A stretch of 64,000 bases of DNA from Malacoraja senta (GCA_038087875.1 CM075981.1:54064001-54128000); one strand, 5' to 3'. Shown: positions 13,288 through 26,409, counted from the stretch's first letter. Notes: generated by a model not told the origin, from the sequence alone. Translations and numbers: made by a program.

Positions 13288-14222
13288 AGAGTCATAGGAA
13301 AGTTCAGCACCAAACTGACCCTTTTGGCCCACCTTGACTATGCCGACTGTGATGCCTAACTATGCTTGTCCCATTTGGCCACATCAGGCCCATAGCCCTC
13401 TACCCCGTTCCAATCCAAGTACCTGTCCAAATGCCTTTTAAACATTGTAATATTATATACCTCCACAACCTCATCTGGCAGCTCATTCAACATATTTGCC
13501 GCCCTCTGTGTGAAAAACCTACTCCACAGATATCCTTTAAATTCCCCCCCTCTTACATTAAACGCATGCCCCCTGTCCCCTAGTTACAGACCACGCAACC
13601 CAGGGGAAAATATCTGATTATTGTATTTTGCAACTCTCTGTAAGATTCCCCACCATGCTCCTACATTGCAGAGAACATAAATCCAAACTATACAATCTCT
13701 CCTTATAACTACATAGACCCAGGCGATCCATTCTCTTCTTATAGCTATGTCGACCCAAACTATACAATGTCTCCATATAACTAAATAAATCCAAACTATC
13801 CAACCTCTCTCTATAGCTACATAACCCAGTTTATCCAATCTTTCTGTATAACTACATAAACCCCATCCATCCAATCTCTCTGTATAACCACAGGCCTCCA
13901 TTTCAGGCAACATTCTCGTAAATCTCTTCTGAACTCTCTCTATTGCTGCCACATCCTTCCTGTAGTGTGGTGGCCAGAACAGTACATGCTACTCTAAATG
14001 TGATCTAACCAATGTTTTGTACCGCCCAAATCTACTTGTTGCCTCGGCCCATGAAGTCAAGCATGCCAAATGTCTTCTTCACCTGTCCACTGGTGTTGCC
14101 ACTTTTAGAGAGGAATTGATTTGCACCCCAAGGTCTCTCTACAATAAACGCTCCTAAGGAACCTGCGATTTACTACATATGTCCGACCAGAATTTGCCCA
14201 CCCAACGTGCATTACCTTACAT
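13288..14222 (-). mobile_element. CR1-like LINE fragment containing a 36-bp minisatellite
   Basis: IERVQKRFTRMLP and CKVMHVG ORF2 motifs. Confidence 0.8.
13675..13889. repeat. 36-bp tandem repeat, 6 copies
   Basis: unit ~acataaacccaaactatccaatctctctntataact; one unit is 35 bp. Confidence 0.85.
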
Positions 14223-14229
14223 TTAGACA

Positions 14230-14500
14230 TACAGTGTTGAAACAGGCCCTTTGGCTCACTCTGGCCAGCATTCACCCCGTACACTAGCACTAGCATACAC
14301 ACTAGGAACAGTTTACAATTTACAGAAGCCAATTAACCTACAAACCTGTACATCTTTGGAATGTGGGAGGAAACCTGAGTGCCCGGAGAAAACCCACAGG
14401 GCGAACGTACAAATTCCATACAGACAGCACCCAAAGTCAGGATCGAGCCCGGGTCTCTGGCACAGTAAGGCAGCGACTCTACCGCTGCACCACTGTGCAC
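14230..14500 (-). mobile_element. HE1/V-SINE-like SINE inserted in a CR1 fragment
   Basis: reverse complement of the same consensus, with A/B boxes. Confidence 0.78.
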
Positions 14501-14888
14501 CCCTGGACTGCCTAGGTGAGGTCTGCTGTATGATTTTACAGTGCCGAGGTACATAAGATCATAAGTGAGAGGAGTAAAATTAGGCCACCATTGTCTACTC
14601 CACCATCCAATCATGGCTGATCCATCCCATTCTCCTGCCTTTTCCGCATAACTTCTAATACCCGTACTAATCAAGAATCTTTCTATCTCTGCCTTAAAAA
14701 TATCCACTGACTTGGGCTCCACAGCCTTCTGTGGCAAAGAAATCCACAGATTCGCCACTCTCTGACCAAAGGGTATTGAAATATAATTGAGCTTTTACAG
14801 TGTTCTTCCCGCCTGGAAATTCAACTGTGTGTTCTTGCCAGGAGAAGTCAAGAGAAATGTCAAAGAAAGACACAAAAAGCTGGAGTTA

Positions 14889-15121
14889 AGGGCCTGTCCC
14901 ACTTGGGCATCATTTGCGCGTCATTTACGCGACATCATTTACGTGTCACGATGCACGACGCGTGCATCGTTACGCACGCATGGTGCGCATTACGCACATG
15001 GTGCGTGGTGACGTAGGCAGTGACGCGCGGTTGCGCGCGGCGCCCCAGGATTTTGGGATGTACAAAATCTTCGCGCGCCATCTGCGTGACGCGCAAATGA
15101 CGCCCAAGTGGGACAGGCCCT
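14889..15121. mobile_element. Harbinger/PIF-type MITE (233 bp) inserted in a pLTR
   Basis: TIR agggcctgtcccacttgggc; flanks TTA/TAA at host motif ggagTAActcagc; CpG-rich. Confidence 0.85.
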
Positions 15122-15124
15122 TAA

Positions 15125-15528
15125 CTCAGCAGGTCAGGCAGCCTCTCTGGAGAAAAGGAAAAGGTGACATTTTGGGTCGAGACCCTTCTTCAGACTGAGA
15201 GTCAGGGGAAAGAGAAACGAGAGGTTACATAGACGGTGATATAGAGAGAAGTAGAACAAATGAATTAAAGATATGCAAAAAAGTAACGATGATCATGGAA
15301 ACACTCCATTGTTGGCTGTGGGCCAGGTGTTAACGAGTTACACAGACAATGAAACTCACCAGGACGATAGTGACACTAATACAACGACGAGGGTGGGGGA
15401 GGGATGGGGAGTGAGGGAATGCAAGGGTTACTTGGAAAAATCAATAATCATACCGCTGGGTTTTAAGCTGCTCAAGAGAAATATGAGGTGCTGTTCCTCC
15501 AATTTGCGTTTGGCCTCACTCTGACAAT
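15125..15528 (-). mobile_element. PLE 3' fragment (endonuclease end, 3'UTR, pLTR); its pLTR is interrupted by a MITE
   Basis: reverse-complement similarity to 29350-29750 and 50720-51030. Confidence 0.7.
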
Positions 15529-15913
15529 AAGTCAAAGCTGGGTCTTCAAGTGCAAAAGCTACAAAGTTACAAAGGCCTCATCGGTATTCACTCAGATAGA
15601 TATCCAGCTGATGTAAATGAAACTAGAAAGGGGGCTGCACATATGTCCGGAAATCATAATCTGTATTAACTTTCAGCTGCAGATAAAGCATGTGAAAATA
15701 TCAAATATCACCATATATGGAATAAAATAATGCAGACCAAAAGTCTTACAATGAAAATAGAGAATTATTTTGCACTTAAGTGCTTGCACATTTCCCTCGT
15801 ATTTATTTGCCAGCACTGAATAAGGTCAGGAGAGGGAGTTTTATGGTATTCTCAATCAAGAGGGTCTGTCCTCAAAATATTCTTCACATTGGGGAACCTG
15901 TGGATGATGCTTT

Positions 15914-16227
15914 GCCAGTGGTAGAGCTGCTGCCTTACAGCGAATGCAGTGCTGGAGATCTGGATTCGATCCTGACTATTGGTGCTGTCTGTACGGAGTT
16001 TGTACGTTCTCCCCGTGACCTGCGTGAGTTTACTCCGAGATCTTCGGTTTCCTCCCACACTCCAAAGACGTACAGGTATGTAGGTTAATTGGCTAGGTAA
16101 ATGTAAAAATTGTCCCTAGTGGGTATAGGATAGTGTTAATGTGCGGGGATCGCTGGTCGGTGCGGACCTGGTGGGCTGAAAGGGCCGTGCTGCATCTCTA
16201 AACTAAACTAAACTAAACTAAACTAAA
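15914..16227 (+). mobile_element. HE1/V-SINE-like SINE
   Basis: tRNA-like head, V-domain, (CTAAA)n tail. Confidence 0.8.
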
Positions 16228-17648
16228 GCTGTAACTGATTTTAATAACTTTTAAAATCTTTGACTACTAAACTAAAGGTAGATATATATTTTTAATTTAA
16301 CATGTAAAAAAGTTAACTGAAAACCTAAAACAGCATTAAACTCAAACAAAGTAACTAAAAAAGTTAACTTGCTCCTGTGCATCCTAGGTTCATTGCCCAT
16401 AAAAACAGTAGGGGTCTAACCAAAGACAAAATCTGAAAGCTAATAATAATCCATGGACATGCTGAGGAATCTCAGCAAGACTGGGCTCCACTGCTAGATG
16501 CATTCTTTCACATTTCACAGGGTTTGCACATTAGTCTGGGACTTACTTCAGCTTCAATGCGTGATTCCAGATTGTCCTTATCAGAAATATTGGTATGTTT
16601 GCTATGTTGATGTGATTTGACAAAAGATTTACCCGATTCCACATTAACAAACAGGCTCTATTGCCTTGTTCCTCCATATCTCAGTAGACTCCTTCAACGA
16701 TACAACCCTCATGATCACTCCACTGCTTCCATCTGACCCTTTCTTCTCATTTCAGCATTGTCATAAATCATGTGGTCATAAGTGATAGCAGTAGAATTAG
16801 GCTATTCGGCCCATCATGTCTACTCCACCATTCAATCATGGCTGATCTGACTCTCCCTCCTTACCCCATTCTCCTGCCTTCTCCCCATAACGTCTGACAC
16901 CTTAGTAATCAATTGTTGTCTGTACCTTTAGCAATTTGAGCTCTGTGGTCTACAAATCCTCGCCTATATATTTCTTTCTCCTCTCAGAAGCTTCTTAAAA
17001 TATTTTTGGTTTGCTCAAGCTTTGATTAGGTGCTCCGGTTTCCTCCCACACTCCAAAAATGTACAGGTTTGTACGTTAATTGGCTTTGGTAAAATAGTAA
17101 ATTGTCCCTAGTGTGTAGGATAGTGTTCGCGTATGGGGCGATCAATGGTCGTCGCAGACTCTGTGGGCCGAAGGGCCTGTTTCTCTAAAGTTTTAAGTCT
17201 GCATGGAGACACAGGAAAATGCAGATGCTGGAATCTTGAACTTCTCCAGCAGTTTGCTTTTTGCTTTTGATTGCATGCACTGAAAATGTTTTGGGGGGGA
17301 GGGGGGGTGGGGGAGGGAAGGGAGGGAAGTCAGTCTCAGTCTACCCCATGACAAAAGGGGGAGGAGTTGTACAGTTTGACAGCCACAGGGAAGAAGGATC
17401 TCCTGTGGGGTTCTGTCCTGCATCTCGAAGCGCCGAATGGCCTACTCCTGCACCTATTTTCTATGTTTCTATCTTGGTGGAACCAGTCTGTTGCTGAAGG
17501 TGCTCCTCAGGTTGACCAGTGTGTCATGGAGGGGGTGAGCTGTATTGTCCAGGACAAAATGCAAGTTTCTATTGGCAAAACTATTGCTTGGAAAAGCTTG
17601 AGTCAACAAATGAATAACTTTGATAACTTTGATATCTTCCTCTTACAG

Positions 17649-17851
17649 GTTGGGAAATGGGAGAACCGTAGACTGACTCTCAAACATCCCGTGTGGCCGA
17701 GATTTAATTCTTATGCAGACGAAGAAGCGGATGACAGCCACCTTAGTATTGTAACACTAGAGGAAAGCCCCTTTGTGATTGTGGAGGATGTGGACAAGCT
17801 TACTGGAACTTGTGCAAGAAGTAATGTCCCATGTAGGAAAAATATGGCTCT
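17649..17851 (+). CDS. GRIN2A: GRIN2A coding exon (ATD-S1 linker and start of S1): [19 protein letters not shown]...[37 protein letters not shown](L)
   Basis: ttacag|GTT acceptor and CT|gtgagt donor; 203 bp; translation aligns with GluN2A VGKWEN...[17 protein letters not shown]...VPCRK. Confidence 0.93.
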
Positions 17852-19346
17852 GTGAGTAAAATCAGTGTTCATTTTCATTTGCAACATGAGAGCTAATTGT
17901 TTTTAATGCAGTGGGTTCCACCAAAACTTCACTCTTGGCATTTTTAGGGTCAATTCCCAATATTTTTTAGTGCTTTAACTCAATAAAATGGGAAGCAGGT
18001 AGTTTAACGATTTGTGCATAGCAACCTGGTTAACCATTTCGACCGAGCCATATGCCTCATTGCCAACAGCCTTATTCATCTTTCTGTTCATCATTTCCAA
18101 AATATTTTACATTTTAATCAGACTTTCATCTTCTGCGATTTTTGTTGTTGTTTGCCTTAAACAATTTAGGTCTAAAACTTAAATCTATTAGTGCCCATTT
18201 CTCATTTTGAATCCTGCATATAAGTGCTTTGGATTGCATTACGATCGATGGACCTACTGAAAAATTGGCCCAGCCACTTCTCTATAAAGTTCACCTTTGT
18301 GCATGTAAACTTTTTCCAGAGTCAGCCATTGCACCTAATGATGTTGTTATTCATACATTGTTTGGCTTCACCCCTGGCTGGCACACAGTGGATCTACTGA
18401 GTCCTATCCATGTACCTGTCTAAATGTTTCTTAAACGTTGCGATAGTCCCTGCCTCAACTACCCCCTCTGGCAACTCGTTCCATACACCCACCACCCTTT
18501 GTGTGAAAAAGCTATCCCCATGGTTCCTATTAAATCATTCCCCCCTAACCGTAAACTTTTGTCCTCCAGAGGCTATTAATGTTAAAGGGTGATGATAAAA
18601 TTGAACTCATTAGTTTTATTTAATTTAGTTTATTTATTGTCACATGTACAGTTAAATCATGCTGCACATAAGGACAATAGATCCTCTTCTGAAACAATAC
18701 ACATATTACTTCACCACTGGCAACTTACAAATCTCTGAAAACTCTGATCTTGGCCCAAGGAGATGTGCAATTTCTTATATTCCCAGTTTAAGGTCCGGTA
18801 TTGTGGTGGCACTGGAGTAGGGGTCAGCCTAGCCCAGCGTGATGGCCTCTGCTTCTTCCACCGCCACTCTCTATAGATGCCGTGGGCTGCACTCATTTAC
18901 CTGGCTGTTGTAGGGCCTCCCGTACGCAGCCCTTTGCCTTCACCATGATCTGCTACGAACACAAATGTGCCGTCCGACGCCTCCAACAGCCGCCGCTCCA
19001 CTTTCAGTGCATGGAGGTGGAGGGACGTCGCCTCAGGGAGCATTGAACAAAGAAAAGTAGGAATGGGCTATTCTTGCCTTTGAACCTACACTTGCCATTC
19101 AATACAATCATGGCTAATCCTCTATCTGGATATCATATTCCCACTCCCGACCCCAGCTCTTGGTGCCTTTTGTGCCGAGAAATGCATCTGGATGAATCTA
19201 GATAAGCTGGTGATGGAAAAGGGAATGGCAGACTCTGGTGATGGTATAAATGAAGGAATATTGGGAAAATGTGCTTGCATTGAACAGGATGGGTTGAATG
19301 GCCTGTTTCGGCACCACATTTTCCATGTCATTCAGTTTTCAGTGAC

Positions 19347-19586
19347 GATACACACAAAATGCTGGAGTAACTCAATGGAACAGGCAGCATATCTGGATAG
19401 AAGGAATGGGTGACATTTCGGGTCAAGACCCTTCTTCAGACTCCTAGTCTCCTAGTCTGCAAAAGGGTCTCAACCCGAAACATCACCCATTCCTTCTCTC
19501 CAGAGATGCTGCCTGTCCCGCTGAGTTATTGCAGCATTTTGTGTCTATCTTCGGTGTAAACCAGCATCTGCAGTTCCTTCCTACAC
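19347..19586. repeat. Inverted pair of PLE pLTR fragments (palindromic solo structure)
   Basis: acacaaaatgctggagtaactc...cttcagac followed by its approximate reverse complement. Confidence 0.75.
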
Positions 19587-21231
19587 TGTTTTGAGTGACC
19601 ATTGACATGTTTGCTCAAGTGAAGAATGAGAACAATTTTAGAGTGTTATAAATCAGTTAATCCGCTCATAAAAACAAATGCCCTGTTCAGCTGGACGTAA
19701 TGTAGTGTTTTAAAAGAATGTGCAAAGCCTAATTATAAACAGCCAGTTCTATAACTTAGATCACAGTACTTTACATCCTGTCAGCAATCTATTATAAGCA
19801 CTAATCCCAAAAGTGAAAGTGTATCTATTTATGACACTGTGATTAATTCTGTGCATTTCTCCAAAGCCTTGAGGGGAAACCTTGCCTGTACACAATAACC
19901 AGTGGCACAGAAGCAGAGCATTGATTTGGTGATCTATTGCAAGATAAAGACACAAATAGATGGAGCTCGATTGTTTTTAATAAGGCCATTGAAATTCTAA
20001 CTAAACCTAGATACCATGTGGCAGAGGGATAAGTAAAGAAGCAAAAGATGGATTCACAGCTGGGTGTAAATGTGATATTAGAATCCAAATGATAGAGATT
20101 ATGGCTTGAAATATTGAATTCAGCACTGAGGCTGAAAGGCTGTAATTATCAGGAGTATTTCTCAAGCTTCAATGAAACAGGGCAAGGGGGCTGGAGGTAG
20201 ATTGAGGAATTATGGTTCAATGGTTTATTTATTATCACCTTTATCAAAGTACAGTGAAGTACTTCTTTTACATACAGATCAGCCAGACTATCACCACATA
20301 TAAACACAATCCCCAGATCAGTGCAGAATGTACAGAACAGCCCACTGAGTCTATATGCAAGAGTCACCATTTTACAGTCCCAGTTGCAGCCGGCCACAAC
20401 CTCAGTCAAGGGCAATAATGGATAGACGATAAATGCTGGAAATGTCAGGAATGGCCACACCCTCCCTAAGGACAAATGAAATTTTTTTTTTTTAAAGAGT
20501 ACAAGCAAATTGTTGTTTCACCTAGAGAGAGTATTTGGAAACTTGGAAGATGGGGATGAAGAGTTATATCCCTTGGAAAGGGGAGGAGACTATTGGGGGC
20601 TCAATGAGGAGTAGTTCAGAGTGCTATACAAGGGATGGCTCTACCAGAATGCTGAAAGGGTGAATGGAGAGGAAGATTTGCTTGGTGATAGACTAGAGGC
20701 TGATCTCTTGTACTCTTGAGGCTGCTTGAGGTGGAAAGTTCTGACAGAGGGGGAGAGAAATAAGAGGGAAATGGGATGGACATGGTTGGGAGCCTTTTCA
20801 GTTGTGGGAGAGGAGAATCCTCAGCTGAAGCCCAAGGAAGGTACAGTATATCATATATATTGTAATCAATAAGGTAGAATCATCAGAACTGACATGACCA
20901 GGACAGCAAACCTGAGCCAATGGAATAAAGTCCTAAACTGGGGGCGGTTAGGGGGGGAAGTGTAGCCAATGTTATTAAAAGAGTCAGTAGACTTAAGGTA
21001 AAGATTATTTGAAACTATTGTCACTTAAACCCACCCTGGATCTAGCTTTGACTTCTGATCCTTTTACCTCACCATTAACTAGGCTTACTATGAAACTCAA
21101 TCCAACGAATGGCTTTATTAAGAACAATCAAGCCCGGTCCATTTATATTGTTGCCTTGTAATGGATCACCAAATATAAAATATCTCCAGAAATGAAGATG
21201 AAATAGTTGTGGAAAGGGAGAGCATGAGATT

Positions 21232-21540
21232 TTTAGTTTAGTTTAGAGACAGGGCGGAAATAGGCCCTTCAGCCCACCATGTCTGCACCGACCAGCGATC
21301 CCTGCACATTAACACAACCCTACACATACTAGGGACATTTATACAATTTTAACAAGCCAATTAACCTACAAACCTGTACGTCTTTGGAGTGTGGGAGGAA
21401 ACCGAAGAACTCGGAGAAAACCCACGCAGGTCACGGGGGGAGAACATACAAACTCCATACAGACAGCACCCGTAGTCAGGATCGAACCCGGGTCTCTGGT
21501 GCTGTAAGGCAGTAGCTCTACCGCTACACTACCATGCCAC
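21232..21540 (-). mobile_element. HE1/V-SINE-like SINE, full length
   Basis: A and B boxes, V-domain and tail on the minus strand. Confidence 0.82.
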
Positions 21541-22207
21541 CCATATGGACCATATGAAGACGACAAGGGTTGAATTTCAAAGCACAGTCATGGTAAGAGC
21601 ATCAATAGACATATATTTCAATAGTCTGAAGAAGGGTCCCGACCTGAAACGCCACCCATCCTCCAGAGATGCTGCCTGACACACTGAGTTACTCCAGCAC
21701 TTTGTGTCTATCTTCAACATTTACTGAATCTAGGGAAGAAGGTGACTTCCTCCCTGGCATAAAACACATTTGTCAGTGATGTGATGACCGTATTTCAGAA
21801 GTCTTTCAGTCGATGGGAAATGGTAAATAGGCACAAATGATATAACGTTTATTACTGGCTATAATTAATCTTTGATCATAAAGAGGCATCACATTTATGA
21901 TTGATTACATTGAGCTTCACTTCAAAGCAGTGCTGGAAGCTTTAATTAACATGAGAAGTCACAAACACGTCTGAGATTAATTTTTTGTGTTGGGAAGTTT
22001 AGCTTATATCGAAAAACACTCACTGGCAATGTACAGTACCTACTTCTTTAAGCTCACCGTTGCTTTTATGCATTCACAGATTCAGGGCCATGGTAATTAA
22101 CCTGAAATGTAATTGTGTAACTGTTTTAGACAGTAGGGACAGATTCCATGTTGGCGTAACAAAGATTAATTTGCTATTATTACCGCATTGCTTTCCTCCT
22201 TCGACAG

Positions 22208-22376
22208 CAATTCGACTGACAAGGGGGTGTACATGAAGAAATGCTGCAAAGGATTTTGCATTGATATTTTGAAAAAACTTGCAAACACTGTGAAATTCAC
22301 ATATGACCTGTACCTGGTGTCAAATGGGAAGCACGGCAAAAAAATCAACGGTGTATGGAATGGAATGGTTGGTGAT
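22208..22376 (+). CDS. GRIN2A: GRIN2A coding exon (S1): [56 protein letters not shown]
   Basis: pyrimidine tract + gacag| acceptor, GAT|gtaagt donor; 169 bp; phase joins previous exon (CT+C=Leu); [13 protein letters not shown] and GKHGK motifs. Confidence 0.95.
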
Positions 22377-22575
22377 GTAAGTGGCTTTAGGTAATAAACA
22401 GTGGCAAGCAGTTGCACAACTTAAGGTTTTGAGTCTCTCGGCAGACAGAAGCCGTTCCCCCCCTCCTCCTCCCCCTCCCCCCCCCCCAAAGCCCACCCCC
22501 AGAAACTAATGATGAGCTGCACAAACTATGTGTTTTGACCCACACCTTCCTTTTCTTTGCTGTTGTCTGCACTGA

Positions 22576-22893
<318 letters not shown>

Positions 22894-22919
22894 TGAATAA
22901 TTTAAACAAAATATGTGCT

Positions 22920-24990
22920 TCAGGTCAGGTCCCTTCTTTAGAGCGATGGAGGAGAGGGGAAATAGCTGATAGAAAGAGGTGCGGTAACAGCGAGAGAGTG
23001 ATAGGTGGATTCATAGTGCAAATGGTGGAGTCTGATAAGAGGCAAGCTGGGAGAGTGTAATGTGGAAACATAGGGAAGGATAGTGGGTGGAAGGGACCAG
23101 GGAGCAGAGAAAATGGGTGGCCTAAGGTAGGGAGGGGTGGGAGAACAGTGAACGGAGGAGCGGCAAGCAACTGGGTGATGGTAGCGGGAGAACGGAAAGA
23201 AAAATGTCGGCGGGCCGGGAGGGTTGGGGATGAGAAGGAGAGGAGGGCGGGTGATCAGAGACTGGAGAATTCAATGTTCTTGCCGCTAGTTTGCAGGCTA
23301 CTCAAGCAGAATATAAGGTGTCTTCCTTCCATTTGGTCTGTAGCCTCACAATGCATTGGGGGTGGCCAAAGACAGATACGTTATTATGGGAATGGGGGGA
23401 GGAATTAAAATGGCTGGCAACTGGGAGCTTCAGGTGGCCCTGTGATGGGGACAGAAAGATTGAGAAAGGGGAGAACCATGTCAGAGAGAGTCCAAATGAA
23501 TTTGAGGGCAAGGTGGAAGTGAGTAGTTTTGAGAAAGAGGTAGTTTCATCGCAGGGGGCGGACTATGAACGAACATCTACTACAAACCCACTGTCTCTAA
23601 TAGCTACTTTGACAACACCTCTTCCACCCTGCCATTTTCAAGGATGTTATCTCTTAAGCCCCTGTCCCACCTTCACGACCTAATTGCCGACCTCTGCCGA
23701 GTTTGCCCTTGACTCATACTCGCAGCATGGTCGCCACGAGGTCGTAGGAGGTCGTAGGAGGTCTTCGTAACTCTTCCTCATGCTCGTGAGTGGTCTCCGC
23801 GTACTCGTGGCCTCAAGTAGGTCGCGGCGATTTTTCCAGCCTGTTAAAAAATGTCCACGAGTAAAACAAAGGTCGGCATGGGAAAAATTGATACTTTTTA
23901 CTCGTAGGTAGGTCGTAGTAGGTCGTGATGGTAGGCGTAGGTAGTTGTAGATAGTCGTAGGTAGTCGTAGGTCGGTAACTGGCCCGAGAAAAAAAAATGC
24001 AAACGTGATATCATTTTATCATGTGACCATTTTCCACACGTAGATAGTCGTAGTTGGTCTTAGGTGTGGAAGACTGAGGTCGAGGGGGGTCGAGGGGGAT
24101 CGTAGGAGGTCATAGACATAGTCGTAGTTGGTCTTAGGTGTGGAAGACTGTCGAGGGGGATTGTAGGAGGTCATAGACATAGTCGTAGGAGGTCATAGAC
24201 ATAGTTGTAGGAGGTCGTAGACATAGTCGTAGTAGGTCGTAGACATAGTCGTAGGAGGTCATAGGAGGTCTTTTACTTCGGCGAGTCAACACGACCGTGA
24301 CTTTTTTTTCAACTCATCTAGGGTCTTCTAAACTCGTGGATTATGTCGTCCAAGTGGGACAGGCCCTTTACTCTTAACTTCTCCATCTCCGCCGCATCTG
24401 CACCCACCGAACTCCACATCTAACATATTATTCTCCAACATTTCCGCCACCTTCAATGCGATCCATCCACCAGTCGCACCTCCCTGTCCGCTCCCCTTTC
24501 CTGCTTTCCATAGAGACCAATTTCTCTGCAACTCCTTGGTCTGTTCATCCTTACTCACCCAACTCGCCTCCTCCCCAAGCATTTGCCCAGTAACTGTGGA
24601 AGATGTAACAACTGTCTCCACACCTCGTCTTTCTCACTTCCGTCCAGGGGCCCCAGCAGCCCTTCCAGGTTAGAGAGGTTCACCTGCACCTCTTCCATCC
24701 GCATTTTTGTTGCTCCTGATGTGGCCTCCTTTATATTGGCCAGACCAAACATGGATTAGGCGAATGTTTTGCTGAACACTTGCCCTCTGTCTGTCAAGAC
24801 TTGCTGGATCTCCCTGTTTTTAACCATTTTAACTTCAAATTTCCACATCGACCTTTCTGTCCTAGGTCACCTACATTGCCAGAGTGGGGCGATGCACAAA
24901 CTGGAGGAGCTGCACCTCATGTTCTACATATCATTGCAGCCTACAACCCAATGATAGTAACATTGAATTCTCCAATTTCAAGTAATGCCC
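22920..24990. mobile_element. Decayed Penelope-like fragments: 22920-23440 (-) and 23560-24990 (+), the latter split by a MITE
   Basis: similarity to the RT-thumb/GIY-YIG region at 49940-50830, with stops and frameshifts. Confidence 0.7.
23657..24367. mobile_element. Harbinger/PIF-type non-autonomous element (711 bp) with internal GTCGTAG tandem arrays
   Basis: TIR ag(c/g)(c/g)cctgtcccac; TTA TSD; interrupts a PLE ORF remnant. Confidence 0.85.
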
Positions 24991-25384
24991 CTGTGCCCAT
25001 TCTCTCCTTCCTTAGCCCACCCCCTCCCCAACTGGTGTGCACATATTTCTCCCACAATCTCTCACCCTACACCTTTCCTCTCCTCTGCACACTCATCTCC
25101 CAACCCTAAATCCCATATTTTCCATTAACTGCCACCCCACATTCTTTCCCAAAGAATTTCCATCCATATATCTCCTTCCAGGTTGCTCATAGATGTCCAT
25201 CCACCATTATTGAACATCCCATCTTGCCAGTTGTCTCGAGTAGTTCACAAACTTCACTTGGATGGGGCTGGAATTTGCTTAAGTTGACAACTGAAAGGAA
25301 TGATATGATACGATAATACTTTATTTATCTCCGGAGGGAAATTGGTGTTATTCATCCCCGGAAGGAAGCATTGGATGGCAAACC

Positions 25385-26390
25385 ATATCTGTCAGGCGTG
25401 ACATTTCCCTCACTGGTTTCAGCTTCGTTGAAATCAGTTGGCCACTTCATTGGTATCCATGTCGTTGACCTCAAGAGAGCTGTAGTTTCCCTAGGTTGCA
25501 GCTCAACAGGCTTTCCACACATTGAAACATTGTAAATTCATTGAAACTCTCACCTTTCTATCAAAATCTATCTCGGCCGCTGCAGCTGTCTTCTTCTCTA
25601 ATGACAGAACACCTCCAGGTATATTCTCCATGCCAGCAGGTTCTTCAATGGCCTTATCCAGCCTGTGATGAAACACTTCAGGTGCAGCAGTGATCTCAAA
25701 AGGCAAACCCAGCCACTAATATTCCCCAAAGGTGTGTTGAATGTTGTTAGAAACACACTCCTACTGTGCGCTCTGCATGCCAAAATCCAGTCTTGGCTTT
25801 CAACAAGCTCTGCACAAATCTGGCAGGATAGATAATGGTTCCCCTTCATTATGTGCAGATCATGGGATCCGGACAGGTCCTCAGCTTGCCTGACGTCTCC
25901 AGACTGGCCATGGGGTCCAAGTGTCCCCTGCTGCAGTGATCTCTGCCTCTGGCAGCTTCTCAAGTTCGCTATTCAGTTTCTCCTTGACAGCTGCAGGAAC
26001 AAATCGTAGTGGATGTTCTTTCAGCTGCTCCCCGTCATCGAGCTCGAGATGGAACTTTCCCTCCAGCTTTCCAGTTCCCTCAAAAGCAGCTGCAAGTTCA
26101 TTTAGCAGCTGCTTCCTGTCGAGAGTCCATCTGCTTGTTCTCCCATCAAGTTCTCTACCTGTACACTCATTTGTTCTATTCACTCGCCTGCTCAAACTCG
26201 ACAATGTATCTCTTTCCATTCTCTGCGTGTTCCCAGTGGTATTGAAATCACGTGGTTGTACATCCTTAGCACTTGCTCTGCCTCTTCACGTTTCCTTGAC
26301 GACTGCTTTGGAACAATATTACATGTTATCTCACTGTCTACCTGGAACCGGGCATCTTTTACTTCCACTTCCATAATAGTAAACAACAAA
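25385..26390 (-). mobile_element. Decayed Ty3/Gypsy pol remnant (protease-RT)
   Basis: FQVDSEITCNIVP (protease-like), FEGTGKLEGKFHLEL..PLRFVPAAVKEKLNSELEKL, TTFNTPLG and MPFEITAAPEVF in shifted frames. Confidence 0.75.
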
Positions 26391-26409
26391 GTGCTGGCAT
26401 AACCTGACA

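Noticed and set aside
13303-13323. TTCAGCACC as a REST/RE1 site
   Set aside because: Only the left half-site is present, GGACAG is absent, and it lies in a CR1 3'UTR
17367-17648. ORF-track N-terminal extension of the first exon (similar run-ons occur at other exons)
   Set aside because: Intronic LINE-derived sequence upstream of a clear splice acceptor
1-17648. The preceding GRIN2A ATD exon (ending ...REWEK)
   Set aside because: Not found by eye or in the ORF track; probably upstream of the window or in the gap
23740-24270. GTCGTAG and GTCATAGACATA arrays as a CRISPR-like array
   Set aside because: No unique spacers; these are irregular tandem repeats inside a TIR element in vertebrate DNA
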